A DNA stretch of 64,000 nt from Mytilus trossulus (taxonomy: Eukaryota). The notes beneath the pieces were generated by a model. The model did no database searches and was not told where the DNA came from. It saw nothing but the letters and a program-made list of their open reading frames with translations. This document shows, one piece after another, positions 9,911 through 24,044 of the stretch. The stretch spans positions 15,686,001 to 15,750,000 of the forward strand of contig NC_086384.1 in NCBI RefSeq assembly GCF_036588685.1, given 5' to 3'. A program made the translations under genes and the position numbers. The stretch's first letter is position 1; the number at the start of each line of letters is the position of its first letter.

Positions 9911-12730
9911 ATTAGACTGCACGAGCTTGAAGCTCTATTTCTATTTCTACTTTGTTATGTGGTTATATGACTGTCGGTGTTCTTTGGAATTCATCTCCAT
10001 GGGTACTGAGATGGCGTCTAGTCTGAAATACGCACGAAATTTTGATACATTTTTATTCATTTAACTAATTAAGACTTTTTTAAATGATATTTATTATAAT
10101 AGTTTGTTCTTGTGATGTACTTGTTAACCTTTGGCACAGGTTAAGGGTAGGGTTGATATCTCAGCGCTTACATGTTTAACCCCTCAACATTATGTACGTA
10201 TGTGCCTATCCCAAGTCAAGAGCCTGTAAATCAGTGGTTGTAGTTCGTTGCTGTGTTTATATTTCTTTTTGTTCACTTTTTTGTTTAACGTGTTTTTTAC
10301 ATTTGCAATTTTGGGGCATTAAATAGCTGACTATGTTGTATGGGCCGTGCTCATTGTTTGAGTCTGTGTGGTGATAGTTGTTAATTTCTGTGTCATTTGG
10401 TCTCTCGAAAAGAGATGTTTCATTTACATAGACAACATCCTCTTTTTTATATTTCTTTTTTTCTTTTTAAATTTTTGTAATCTGAATATACGTTTATCAA
10501 ACATGAGAATTTGAATCAGATCGGTAAATGTGAATTTTACAGTTAATGCCACCTTTTGTGTATATACATGTACAGGGTGTTTTTGTTGTTCTGTAAATAT
10601 TGGCTTTTGTGTAAAAAAAATCTATCTGTGATTATTTTTTTGTATATTTGTATGCATATAAAAATATGTAAATTTAATACTGAATTGATTTATATACATC
10701 TGTTAGCTCATAGATGGTTCGCTATCTCGTCATTTTACCAGGCATAATGTACTAAAATACTTTTAGTTTTATTTTGTATTATTTTTTATTTCATTGTTCA
10801 ATTTTGAGAATACAAATAAAATTTCTGCTTTTACAGTATGTAGTTGGCGCATCAACCAATCTTGTTCTGCATCTCATGGAGTGCATGTATTTCCCCTTTC
10901 TCTAGAATTAGATTATGTTTCATTTATTCACCCCTCTCTTTTAAAATCATTAGAGAATACTCCTACTATTCATAAATGACGAGCGGCAAATAATGTTGTT
11001 TTTTTTTGTTGTCGTTATTTATGTATATTTTGTGCTTTGCTTTTTTGTCTGTTTTGTTAACTTTTGTATCTATTATTTGTGTATTTCTTAGTCATGTGTG
11101 TAATCTGTTTAAACTATATATCCGTCCAATTGAATAATAAATATTTTACATGCTGTAATTTTGGTAATTTTATTATTCAGGTTATGATTGCCTTTGGTTA
11201 TTGTAGACATACAAATTTAGACTGGTTTCCTGTTGCTCGTTAGTTTGGCTCTGATAGATATTGACAAAAAAGAGTGATTCAGAACCCATATGTTGCGTTG
11301 CAAGGGAGAGAACCAATTCAAATCGTAAAAGCATTGTCTTTTTTTATTTAATTTTTGACTCCAGAATGTATTTATCTTTTATGAAAAATGAAATTTATGC
11401 TGTAGTAACCAATGAGACAGCTTCACAACATGACAAACATCAAACAACTTGATAAATGTTCTTTGATAAGTAAGATAAAATTGAGAATGGAAATGGGGAA
11501 TGTGTCAAAGAGACAACAACCCGACCATAGAAAAAAACAACAGCAGAAGGTCACCAACAGGTCTTCAATACAGCGAGAAAAGCCCGCACCCGGAGGCGTC
11601 CTTCAGCCAGGCTTTTACATAAAGTGTAAAGTAAAATCACAAAAATACCGAACTCTGAGGAAAATTCAAAACAATAAATCCACTATTCCAAGCCAAATTC
11701 AAAAGCTAAAACACATTAAACGAATTGATAACAACTGGCATATTCCTGACTTAGTACAGGCAAGCTTTGAGTCGTTCTGAGTCCTTGGAAGAAGTAAGGT
11801 ATTGCTCATTGTTGAAGGCCGTATGTAGTTGCAAATTTCTGTGTCATTTGGTCTCTTATGGAAAGTTGTCTCATTGGCAATCATATCACATCTTTTTTTA
11901 TATATAAAAAAACAACCACTAAAGTAAACCATTAGTGATGTTCCATTTATCTGCGTCAATAGAATATACCAAAAAGTGCTTTATTTAAAACATACTATAA
12001 TCATTAGCAGTTTCAGCAAAAACAACAAAAAAACACATTTGGATCCCATTGGCAAAATAGATAAAAAAAAAAAACCACTCAAACAAGGGCCATGTAGAAA
12101 GGCCAACAGAAATGATTAATCTGAATCAAAAATCAAATGTATCCAACAGTTACCAGTGACAACTGTCTAAAAGAACACTAAACTCAAACAAAATAGTTCA
12201 ATAATTCTTAACTTTTTAATGATTATATGGCTGTACTAACTGCATGGGAATGAAAGAAGAAAAACGAAAAAAACGACTCGAACAACTAGATTCCCAACGT
12301 ACATGTTTTCTGTCCTACTGTTGGTTATATGACTTTTTTGAAACAGTTAGGTCTAATTCATTTCTTGACTTACACTTAGAAATCATTGATAAAAGTTAAA
12401 AAAAACGCTGCTGAGACCTATACATCTGACTACAGTAAAGTGTGTAAACATCAGTGAAATAAATCAGAAAACGTAGAGGAGCAAATAAAAAAATACACAA
12501 GTAGGAAAGGACATCAACCTCTTCTTCTTCTTTAGGTTTTCAGTAGTCCTTCATTATCTGAAGATAATATACTGATTTGCGCTGCGTGGCCTATATAAAA
12601 TTATATAATTACATAAACACAAAAATAATTGAAAAAGAGTTTGGAGTGCGTAAAAAAATAATTTTAAATTGTGATTAAAACTATGTACGTAGGCTAATAA
12701 TGAGTTAAATAAATTTGTGGAGAACAGTTG

Positions 12731-15700
12731 GTGTAAACTGTGATTACAGCGACTGTGTAGATTAGTAGTAAATGTGTCAACTGTGATTACAGCGACTGTG
12801 TGGACTTGTAGTAAATGTGTCAACCTGGATTACAGCGACTCTGTGGACTGGTAGTAAATGTGTCAACTGTGATAACAGCGACTGTGTGGACTTGTAGTAA
12901 ATGTGTCAACCTGGATTACAGCGACTGTGTGGACTGGTAGTAAATGTGTCAACTGTGATTACAGTGACTGTGTGGACTGGTACTAAATGTGTCAACTGTG
13001 ATAACAACGACTGTGTGGACTTGTAGTAAATGTGTCAACCTGGATTACAGCGACTGTGTGGACTGGTAGTAAATGTGTCAACTGTGATTACAGCGACTGT
13101 GAAGACAGGTAGTAAATGTGTCAACTGTGATTACAGTGACTGTGTGGACTGGTAGTAAATGTGTCAACTGTGATTACAGCGAGTGTGTAGACTGGTAGTA
13201 AATGTGTCAACTCTGATTACAGTGAATGTGTGGACTGGTAGTAAATGTGTCAACTCTGATTACAGTGACTGTGTGGACTGGTAGTAAATGTGTCAACTGT
13301 TATTACAGCGACTGTGTGGACTGGTAGTAATATGTCAACTGTGATTACAGTGACTGTGTGGACTGGTAGTAAATGTGTCAACTGTGATTACAGTGACTGT
13401 GTGGACTGGTAGTAAATGTGTCAACTGTGATAACAACGACTGTGTGGACTTGTAGTAAATGTGTCAACCTGGATTACAGCGACTGTGTGGACTGGTAGTA
13501 AATGTGTCAACTGTGATTACAGCGACTGTGAAGACAGGTAGTAAATGTGTCAACTGTGATAACAGCGACTGTGTGGACTTGTAGTAAATGTGTCAACCTG
13601 GATTACAGCGACTGTGTGGACTGGTAGTAAATGTGTCAACTGTGATAACAGCGACTGTGTGGACTTGTAGTAAATGTGTCAACTGTGATAACAACGACTG
13701 TGTGGACTTGTAGTAGATGTGTCAACCTGGATTACAGCGACTGTGTGGACTGGTAGTAAATGTGTCAACTGTGATTACAGTGACTGTGTGGACAGGAAGT
13801 AAATGTGTCAACTGTGATAACAACGACTGTGTGGACTTGTAGTAGATGTGTCAACCTGGATTACAGCGACTGTGTGGACTGGTAGTAAATGTGTCAACTG
13901 TGATTACAGTGACTGTGTGGACAGGTAGTAAATGTGTCAACTGTGATTACAGTGACTGTGTGGACTGGTAGTAAATGTGTCAACTGTGATTACAGCGACT
14001 GTGTGGACTGGTAGTAAATGTGTCAGCTGTGATTACAGTGACTGTGTGGACTGGTAGTAAATGTGTCAACTGTGATTACAGTGACTCTGTGGACTGGTAG
14101 TAAATGTGTCAACTGTGATTACAGCGACTGTGTGGACTGGTAGTAAATGTGTCAACTGTGATTACAGCGACTGTGTGGACTGGTAGTAAATGTGTCAACT
14201 GTGATTACAGTGACTGTGTGGACTGGTAGTAAATGTGTCAACTGTGATTACAGCGACTGTGTGGACTGGTAGTAAATGTGTCAACTGTGATTACAGCGAC
14301 TGTGTGGACTGGAAGTAAATGTGTCAACTGTGATAACAGTGACTGTGTGGACTGGTAGTAAATGTGTCAACTGTGAATACAGTGACTGTGTGGACTGGTA
14401 GTAAATGTGTAAACTGTGATTACAGTGACTGTGTGGACTGGTAGTAAATGTGTCAACTGTGATTACAGTGACTGTGTGGACTGGTAGTAAATGTGTCAAC
14501 TGTGATTACAGCGACTGTGTAGACTAGAAGTAAATGTGTCAACTGTGAATACAGCGACTTTGTGGACTGGTAGTAAATGTGTCAACTGTCATTACAGTGA
14601 CTGTGTGGATTGGAAGTAAATATGTCAACTGTGAATACAGTGACTGTGTGGACTGGTAGTAAATGTGTAAACTGTGATTACAGTGACTGTGTGGACTGGT
14701 AGTAAATGTGTCAACTGTGATTACAGTGACTGTGTGGACTGGTAGTAAATGTGTCAACTGTGATTACAGCGACTGTGTAGACTAGAAGTAAATGTGTCAA
14801 CTGTGATTACAGCGACTTTGTGGACTGGTAGTAAATGTGTCAACTGTGATTACAGTGACTGTGTGGATTGGAAGTAAATGTGTCAACTGTGATTACAGCG
14901 ACTGTGTGGACTGGTAGTAAATGTGTCAACTGTGATTACAGTGACTGTGTGGACTGGTAATAAATGTGTCAACTGTGATTACTGCGACTGTTTTGACTGG
15001 TTAATGTGTAAACTGTTATTACAGCGACTGTGTGGACTGGTAGTAAATGTGTCAACTGTGATTACAGCGACTGTGTGGACTTGTAGTAAATGTGTCAACT
15101 GTGATTACAGTGACTGTGTGGACTGGTAGTAAATGTGTCAACTGTGATTACAGTGACTGTGTGGACTGGTAGTAAATGTTTCAACTGTGATTACAGCGAC
15201 TGTGTAGACCAGAAGTAAATGTGTCAACTGTGATTACAGCTACTTTGTGGACTGGTAGTAAATGTGTCAACTGTCATTACAGTGACTGTGTGGATTGGAA
15301 GTAAATGTGTCAACTGTGAATACAGTGACTGTGTGGACTGGTAGTAAATGTGTAAACTGTGATTACAGTGACTGTGTGGACTGGTAGTAAATGTGTCAAC
15401 TGTGATTACAGTGACTGTGTGGACTGGTAGTAAATGTGTCAACTGTGATTACAGCGACTGTGTAGACTAGAAGCAAATGTGTCAACTGTGATTACAGCGA
15501 CTTTGTGGACTGGTAGTAAATGTGTCAACTGTGATTACAGTGACTGTGTGGATTGGAAGTAAATGTGTCAACTGTGATTACAGCGACTGTGTGGACTGGT
15601 TGTAAATGTGTCAACTGTGATTACAGCGACTGTGTGGACTGGTAGTAAATGTGTCAACTGTGATTACAGTGACTGTGTGGACTGGTAATAAATGTGTCAA

Positions 15701-18292
15701 CTGTGATTACTGCGACTGTTTTGACTGGTAAATGTGTAAACTGTGATTACAGCGACTGTGTGGACTGGTAGTAAATGTGTCAACTGTGATTACAGCGACT
15801 GTGTGGACTGGTAGTAAATGTGTCAACTGTGATTACAGCGACTGTGTGGACTGGTAGTAAATGTGTCAACTGTGATTACAGTGACTGTGTGGACTGGTAG
15901 TAAATGTGTCAACTTTGATTACAGTGACTGTGTGGACTGGTAGTAAATGTGTCAACTGTGATTACAGCGACTGTGTAGACCAGAAGTAAATGTGTCAACT
16001 GTGATTACAGCGACTTTGTGGACTGGTAGTAAATGTGTCAACTGTCATTACAGTGACTGTGTGGATTGGAAGTAAATGTGTCAACTGTGAATACAGTGAC
16101 TGTGTGGACTGGTAGTAAATGTGTAAACTGTGATTACAGTGACTGTGTGGACTGGTAGTAAATGTGTCAACTGTGATTACAGTGACTGTGTGGACTGGTA
16201 GTAAATGTGTCAACTGTGATTACAGCGACTGTGTAGACTAGAAGCAAATGTGTCAACTGTGATTACAGCGACTGTGTGGACTGGTAGTAAATGTGTCAAC
16301 TGTGATTACAGTGACTGTGTGGACTGGTAGTAAATGTGTCAACTGTGATTACAGCGACTGTGTAGACTAGAAGCAAATGTGTCAACTGTGATTACAGCGA
16401 CTGTGTGGACTGGTAGTAAATGTGTCAACTGTGATTACAGTGACTGTGTGGATTGGAAGTAAATGTGTCAACTGTGATTACAGCGACTGTGTGGACTGGT
16501 AGTAAATGTGTCAACTGTGATTACAGTGACTGTGTGGATTGGAAGTAAATGTGTCAACTGTGATTACAGCGACTGTGTGGACTGGTTGTAAATGTGTCAA
16601 CTGTGATTACAGCGACTGTGTGGACTGGTAGTAAATGTGTCAACTGTGATTACAGTGACTGTGTGGACTGGTAATAAATGTGTCAACTGTGATTACTGCG
16701 ACTGTTTTGACTGGTAAATGTGTAAACTGTGATTACAGCGACTGTGTGGAGTGGTAGTAAATGTGTCAACTGTGATTACAGTGACTCTGTGGACTGGTAG
16801 TAAATGTGTCAACTGTGATTACAGCGACTGTGTGGACTGGTAGTAAATGTGTCAACTGTGATTACAGCGACTGTGTGGACTGGTAGTAAATGTGTCAACT
16901 GTGATTACAGTGACTGTGTGGACTGGTAGTAAATGTGTCAACTGTGATTACAGCGACTGTGTGGACTGGTAGTAAATGTGTCAACTGTGATTACAGCGAC
17001 TGTGTGGACTGGAAGTAAATGTGTCAACTGTGATAACAGTGACTGTGTGGACTGGTAGTAAATGTGTCAACTGTGAATACAGTGACTGTGTGGACTGGTA
17101 GTAAATGTGTAAACTGTGATTACAGTGACTGTGTGGACTGGTAGTAAATGTGTCAACTGTGATTACAGTGACTGTGTGGACTGGTAGTAAATGTGTCAAC
17201 TGTGATTACAGCGACTGTGTAGACTAGAAGTAAATGTGTCAACTGTGATTACAGCGACTTTGTGGACTGGTAGTAAATGTGTCAACTGTCATTACAATGA
17301 CTGTGTGGATTGGAAGTAAATGTGTCAACTGTGAATACAGTGACTGTGTGGACTGGTAGTAAATGTGTAAACTGTGATTACAGTGACTGTGTGGACTGGT
17401 AGTAAATGTGTCAACTGTGATTACAGTGACTGTGTGGACTGGTAGTAAATGTGTCAACTGTGATTACAGCGACTGTGTAGACTAGAAGTAAATGTGTCAA
17501 CTGTGATTACAGCGACTTTGTGGACTGGTAGTAAATGTGTCAACTGTGATAACAGTGACTGTGTGGATTGGAAGTAAATGTGTCAACTGTGATTACAGCG
17601 ACTGTGTGGACTGGTAGTAAATGTGTCAACTGTGATTACAGCGACTGTGTGGACTGGTAGTAAATGTGTCAACTGTGATTACAGTGACTGTGTGGACTGG
17701 TAATAAATGTGTCAACTGTGATTACTGCGACTGTTTTGACTGGTAAATGTGTAAACTGTGATTACAGCGACTGTGTGGACTGGTAGTAAATGTGTCAACT
17801 GTGATTACAGCGACTGTGTGGACTTGTAGTAAATGTGTCAACTGTGGTTACAACGACTGTGTAGACTGGTAGTAAATGTGTCAACTGTGATTACAGCGAC
17901 TGTGTGGACTGGTAGTAAATGTGTCCACTGTGATAACAGCGACTTTGTGGACTGGTAGTAAATGTGTCAACTGTGATTACAGCGACTGTGTAGACTAGTA
18001 GTAAATGTGTCAAATGTGGTTACAGTGACTGTGTGGACTGGTTGTAAATGTGTCAACTGTGATTACAGCGACTGTGTGGACTGGTAGTAAATGTGTCAAC
18101 TGTGGTAACTGCGACTGTGTGGACTAGTAGTAAATGTGTCAACTGTGGTTACAGCGACTGTGTGGACTGGTAGAAATTGTGTCAACTGCGGTTACAGCGA
18201 CTGTGTAGACTAGTAGTAAATGTGTCAACTGTGGTTACAGCGACTGTGTGGACTTGTAGTAAATGTGTTACAGTGACTGTGTCGACTTGTAG
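12731..18292. repeat. 43-bp satellite array, ~130 copies
   Basis: unit tgtgtcaactgtgattacag(c/t)gactgtgtggactggtagtaaa repeated head to tail. Confidence 0.98.
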
Positions 18293-18296
18293 TCAA

Positions 18297-18299
<3 letters not shown>

Positions 18300-18368
<69 letters not shown>
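18300..18368. repeat. (CT)n microsatellite
   Basis: direct read. Confidence 0.98.
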
Positions 18369-18371
<3 letters not shown>

Positions 18372-18769
18372 GTAAAACATATTTGTATCAGATATAACGA
18401 TACGCAAGACAACCCATTGCACTTTTACAACCTTAATAAACGTTACATGAGAATAAATACTACAATCGCAGGTGTGATATTAAAGTCAAGTACCGTCTTT
18501 ATATATAATGTTTACCTACCTATAGTTTTATCTTTGATCCCCTTTATTGACAAGGAAACAAAAATGCATATTGTTTAAATATTTTGAAATGATCACATAA
18601 AATTTTAAGTAGTCACAAGTTCATATCTTGCATAGTTATTTAAATACTTTGTAATAACTAACTATTTGTATCTCTTTAGTAAATTATAAGATCAATAGAA
18701 CAAAGATCCAATTACATGTTACAGTTTTATTTTTAAGTAAATAAACTTGACAATAAAAATGTATTTTAA

Positions 18770-18779
18770 GGAACTTTCC
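18770..18779 (+). promoter_or_regulatory. NF-kB-like site upstream of gene 2
   Basis: GGAACTTTCC about 70 nt before the putative 5'UTR exon donor AG|GTAAGA at 18850/18851. Confidence 0.3.
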
Positions 18780-19111
18780 ATAATATTGTTTTTATAGAGC
18801 TTATATCGTTCGACACACTTTTTTTTATTTCAAGAAATTCAGCAAATAAGGTAAGACATCTTAGAATTAATAAATTCCTCATTTTTTATATGTATCTTAT
18901 CGTGTAATGCATTCTTTCTTAGATTTACAAAGTTCTTTCTTCTTTTTTTTTTTCTTTTTTTTTTTTAACGAAAACGCATATTTTATTTTAAATATATTAA
19001 CTAAAGATATTCTAAAGTAAAATAAATATGGTTGATGTAAATTCATTATCAATTTGATAATATAACGTTTACAATTAAAACTCATTATGCTTTCTTTATA
19101 GTTTTGCAGAG

Positions 19112-19163
19112 ATGATTTACTCTGTAATTTTGACTTTTATGATCTGGAATAGCGCACTTCTAG
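19112..19163 (+). CDS. gene 2 first coding exon, signal peptide
   Basis: MIYSVILTFMIWNSALL(G), donor GTAAGA, upstream acceptor tttctttatAG. Confidence 0.7.
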
Positions 19164-21585
19164 GTAAGATTCTCATACATTGTAAAAAAAAAATATTAAG
19201 AAAAATACATTAAAAAAACAAGGTGCGCAATCGAACTCATAATAAAATGTCAGGCTTTCATTGTATAAAATTAGAACGCAAAATGCGTGCTTCGCCTACA
19301 TTAGACCTACATAAGACCCACGTTCGTAGTAAAAAAAGGTTAATAGGGTAAATAGTTGATAGGGTAAACAGTTAAAGAGGCTACGCGAACGACACCGCTA
19401 GACGACAGTAGTGATATATATGTATCAACATAGCTGGAGAAACAATGATTGTTTTTATTTGGAGAATAAGGTGATAAAGTAAAATCTTTAATTATTTGTA
19501 TACAAAATACCTCCTTTGCTAATTATATCTGCAAACGTAAAGTTTTACTCAGAGGCAACGTTTTGAAAGTTACTGACAATGTGTAGACCGATTTGCCAGA
19601 ATCTTACCTTTTGAAAATCGGTCAATTTTGAAAAACTCGTGAACGGGAAACACTTACAAATGTTTGTATGAACAGACATTTAAAGTCCAAAAATATTTCA
19701 TATTTGCTACAAAGTTGAAACATTATGTCATATCATTAACTACTGTATTTGTAGTATTTTATAAAATGAATAAGTATTATTTGTATTTTAATAGTCTCTC
19801 ATAATTCTTTTAAGAATGGCACAAACATGTATTTAATTGTTTTAACTATGTTTACTGTATAATTAATTTTATAATTGTATCTTGTTTTAATCATGTTGTA
19901 TGTGGTGAGACTTTAATAAACTATAGAATCTTGAATCTGAATCTACAAAGTTGAAATTGTAAAATAAAATAATCGAAAAATAAATCCAAAGTGTAAAAAC
20001 TAGAACTGCTTTTTGGTCTACAAATATTTTAAATATATTTGGACAATTGGGACAATGACCCATATGCACCTAATATATTTTAAAAAAATCACAGCTACGA
20101 GAATTGTAAAATAGTGATTTCGAAAAGACTCAAAGAAACTTGATAGATAACTTACTCCTTGATTTTATTTAATCAAATTAAACATTTTCTTCAGGAAAGA
20201 TTTTTTCACTCGAATCGTATATACATGTACAATGTATGAACCGCTAGTGGATGATTTAGTTATTAAAATCTCTATGGCTTATCAAAAACATAATCTTTAA
20301 TATCTTGCTCTTTGGTTGAAATTCCCATATTCAATATTTTTATTGCGTAAAGAAATCCTATTCTTACTTATGAATCTGGACATTGTGGTATACATATGAT
20401 AAAATGTGTTTGTCCTCGCTGCGAAACAGGAGTTGCTCCAATACAGATGTCTTAAATTTGTTTAATCTTTCTTTACAAATATTTCTGATTAATTGATGGT
20501 TGTTATATTTCTATGGAACAGTGACACATATTTCATTCTTAAGTGAAACTTAGTGACCCCAATTTTTTTGTATAAAGTATATGATAAAGTTCATTTATAG
20601 AAATAAAGCGAAATCTTATATTTTAAAAAATTATACCCGCGAGCCCCCTTAAGAAGATAACAATTAAGCTATTAAACAACACATATATATTTAAAGAATG
20701 AGCTGGTTCCTTAGATAGGCTACATACGGACCCATCAAAGTATTGCATGATTTTTAAAACTCATAAAGCCTGGCATTCGCTTTTATCAAAATGAGTTATC
20801 TATTCAAAACCAGCGTTGCTGCGTATCTCAAACCTGCAAACTAAGTTAAAGGGATGCCCCTCTTTTTAGCACGTCTTTTACCAAAAAAATAATCAAATTA
20901 TCAACTTTGAATAATTAAAAGAAATGTTTGTTATAATCATACTGCTGTTACGACAGAATTATATTTATATTCCTAATCTAAAGCTAAAAATCAAAACTGT
21001 TTTGTGTATTGAAATCCGGTAAAAACAATATACAGATGAAACGCGAAATAGCATTTATTTTTTAATTGTTACAATGTTGCATTTAATTCTTCTGTTTTCG
21101 CTCCCATATTTAGGTGTCTACGTTGTCATGTTCTCAGCATTCAATTGTTGATGACTTTTAAAGCGTTGTTGTAACAAAGTTTTTTTGCCCTTTTTTTGTT
21201 GTGTCATAATCGATATTTTCGTCCCAATAAAAGTTATGTCCAATGACGTAGTCCAATGACCTTGTTTTAAACACAAACACAGTGGGATCGATAAAAAACT
21301 ATGTTCAACATTTCAAACTAGAACCTAATTTCAGACTAAAAACATAAACCAACAAAAACTAGTTTGATCCAGAAACATATTCATGTCCAAAATTAGAAAA
21401 CTCTGACTTAGTTCTCTTTTATCAAAGTTTTTCTGGTTTTTTTTTAAGAAAAAATGTCAGTTATTGATCAACGGTTGGAATGTCTGCATATATTACAGGG
21501 TAGTAATGTTAAAAATTTGATATAAGATATACATGTAACTTCCGAAAGGATTTGGCTAAAACTTTCAAAAAATGTTTTATTGCAA

Positions 21586-23850
21586 AAAAGTCACTGTTAG
21601 GAATTGATCTTTAAAATGTTCTAGGGCCGAAAAATCAGGTGGAAAATTTAAAGGTTATCATGATATAGACAACAATTCACTGTTAGGAATTGATCTTTAA
21701 AATGTTACACGGACGAAAAGTTCCTGTTAGGAATTGTTCTTTTAAAATGTTATATATACGGAAGAAAAGTCCCTGTTAGGAATTGTTCTTTTAAAATGAT
21801 CTAGGTTCGACAAGTCACTGTAAGGAATTTTTCTTATGAAATGTTCTAGATTAAAAAAGTTTCTGTTAGAAATTATTCTTTTAAAATGTTCTAGATTCGA
21901 AAGGTTTCTGTTAGGCATTGTTCTTTTAAAATGTTCTAGGGCCGAAAAGTCTCTCTTAGGAATTGTCCTTTTAAAATGTGTTAGGGGCGGAAAGTCTCTG
22001 TTAGGAATTGTTCTTTTAAAATGTTTTAGGTCCTAAAAGTCTCAGTTACGAATTGTTCTTTTAAAATGTTAAAGGACCGAAAAGTCATTGTTCTTCTAAA
22101 ATGTGCTCGGGTCGTAAAGTCACTGTTAGTAATTGTTTTTTTAAAATGTTCAAGGGTCAAAAAGTCACTGTCAGAAATTGCTCTTCCAAAATGTTCTAGG
22201 GCCAAAAAGTCACTGTTCGGAATTATTCTTTTAAAATGTTGGATGTTTGTAAAGTCTCTGTGAGGAATTGTTCTTTTTCAATGTTCTAGGTTCTAAAAGT
22301 CACTGAAAGGAATTGTTCTTTTAAAATGTTCGAGGTTGGAAAAGTCACTGTAAGGAATTGTTCTTTTAAAATGCTATAGGTTCTAAAAGTCACTGTAAGG
22401 AATTGTTCTTTTAAAATGTACTGTGTTCTAAAAGTCACTGGAATGAATTGTTCTTTTTAAATAATCTAGGTTCAATAAGTCACTGTAAGGAATGGTTCTT
22501 TTAGAATGTTCGAGGTTTTAAAAGTCACCGTAAGGAATGGTTCTTTTAAAATGTTCGAGGTTTGAAAAGTCACTGCAAGGAATTGTTCTTTTAAAATGTT
22601 ATAGGTTCTAATAGTCACTGTCAGGAATTGTTGTTTTGAAATTTTCTGTGTTCTAAAATTTACTGTAAGGAATGGTTCCTTCAAAATGTTCTAGGTTCTA
22701 AAAGTTACTGTAAGCCATTGTTCTTTTAAAATGTTTTAGGTTCCAAAAGTCACTGGAAGGAATGGTTCTTTAAAAATGTTCTAGGTTCTAAAAGTCACTG
22801 TCAGAAATTGCTCTTCCAAAATATTCTAGGGCCGAAAGGTCGCTTTAATGAATTGTTCTTTTTAAAAATGTTCAAGGGCCGAAAAGTCAGGGTTAAATTG
22901 TTCTTTCAAAATGTTCGAGGTTTAAAAAGTCATTGTAAGGAATGGTTCTTTTAAAATGTTCTAGGTTCGAAAAGTTAATGTAAGGAATGGTTCTTTTTAA
23001 ATGTTCGAGGTTTGAAAAATCTCTGTGAGGAAATGTTTTTTTTTAATTTTTTATTTTCTAAAAGTCACTGTAGGGAATTGTTCTTTTAAGATATTAGAGG
23101 TTTGAAAAGTCACTGTAAGGAATTGTTCTTTTAAACTGTTCTAGATTCTAAAAGTCACTGGAAGGAATGGTTCTTTTAAAATGTTCTAGGTTCTACAAAT
23201 CCCTCTAAGGAATGGTCTTTTAAAATGTTCTAGGTTCGAAAAGTCACTGGAAGGAAAATTGTTCTTTTATTATGTTCTAGGTTCGAAAAGTCAATATAAG
23301 GAATAGTTCTTTTAAAATGTTCGAGAGTCGAAAAGTCACTGTAAGGAACAGTTCTTTTAAAATGTTCTAGGTTCTAAAAGTCACTGTCAGAAATTGCTCT
23401 TCCAAAATGTTCTAGGACCAAAAAATCACTTTAAAGAATTGTTCTTTTTAAATGTTCAGGGGCCGAAAAGTCAGAAGGAAATTGTTCTTTTAAAATGTAC
23501 TTGGTTCTAAAAGTCACTGGAAGGAATAGCTCTTTAAAATGTTCTAGGTTCTGAAAGTCTCTGTAAGGAATTGTTCTTTTTAAATGTTCAAGGGCCAAAA
23601 AGTCAACAGGAAATTGTTCTGTAAAAATGTTCTAGGTTCCAAAAGTCACTGTTAGGAATTGTTCTTGTAAAATGTTCTAGGTTCGAAAAGTCACTGTAAG
23701 GAATGGTTCTTTTAAAATCTGTTATGGCTAAAAAGCCTCTGTTAGAAATTGATCTTTTAAAATGTTATATGGAATAAAAGTCACTGACGTGTAAGGAATT
23801 ATTCTATTAAATGTTCTATGGAAGAGAATTCACTGGTAGGTATTGTTGAT
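21586..23850. repeat. 45-bp satellite array, ~50 diverged copies, intronic
   Basis: unit aaaagtcactgtaaggaattgttcttttaaaatgttctaggttct. Confidence 0.95.
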
Positions 23851-23902
23851 TTAAAATGATATAGGGCCGATAAGTCAGTTTTAGGCAGAGTTCTTTTTTA
23901 GA

Positions 23903-24044
23903 CAATATACGTATAGTGTCTTGAAATATGAAATTTATTTGTATGAGGCTTAGAAACGGGAAAATGCGAGGTTCTACCGAGCATTTTCCCGTTTCGTGCC
24001 GAATACAAATTAATTTCATATTTCAAGACACTATACGTATATTG
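23903..24044. repeat. 142-nt near-perfect palindrome/hairpin
   Basis: caatatacgtatagtgtcttgaaatatgaaatt ... aatttcatatttcaagacactatacgtatattg. Confidence 0.9.

Noticed and set aside
11412-11959. 122-aa and 86-aa ORFs
   Set aside because: Made of abutting interspersed repeats.
12731-18292. CRISPR-like array or coding His/Thr-rich ORFs
   Set aside because: Units are contiguous with no unique spacers; a 43-bp period shifts frame and every frame meets stops; eukaryotic context.
12731-18292. RSS heptamer-like cacagt motifs in the satellite
   Set aside because: Not exact CACAGTG, and no nonamer at 12/23 spacing.
18177-18578. ORFs with SL or ER repeats
   Set aside because: Translation of the (CT)n microsatellite.
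19270-19330. Additional hammerhead on the minus strand
   Set aside because: Family relic, but the catalytic core is too degraded to call.
21836-22684. 15-aa repeat ORFs (KSLLGIVLLKCSR)
   Set aside because: By-product of the 45-bp unit; frequent stops and indels, no splice signals.
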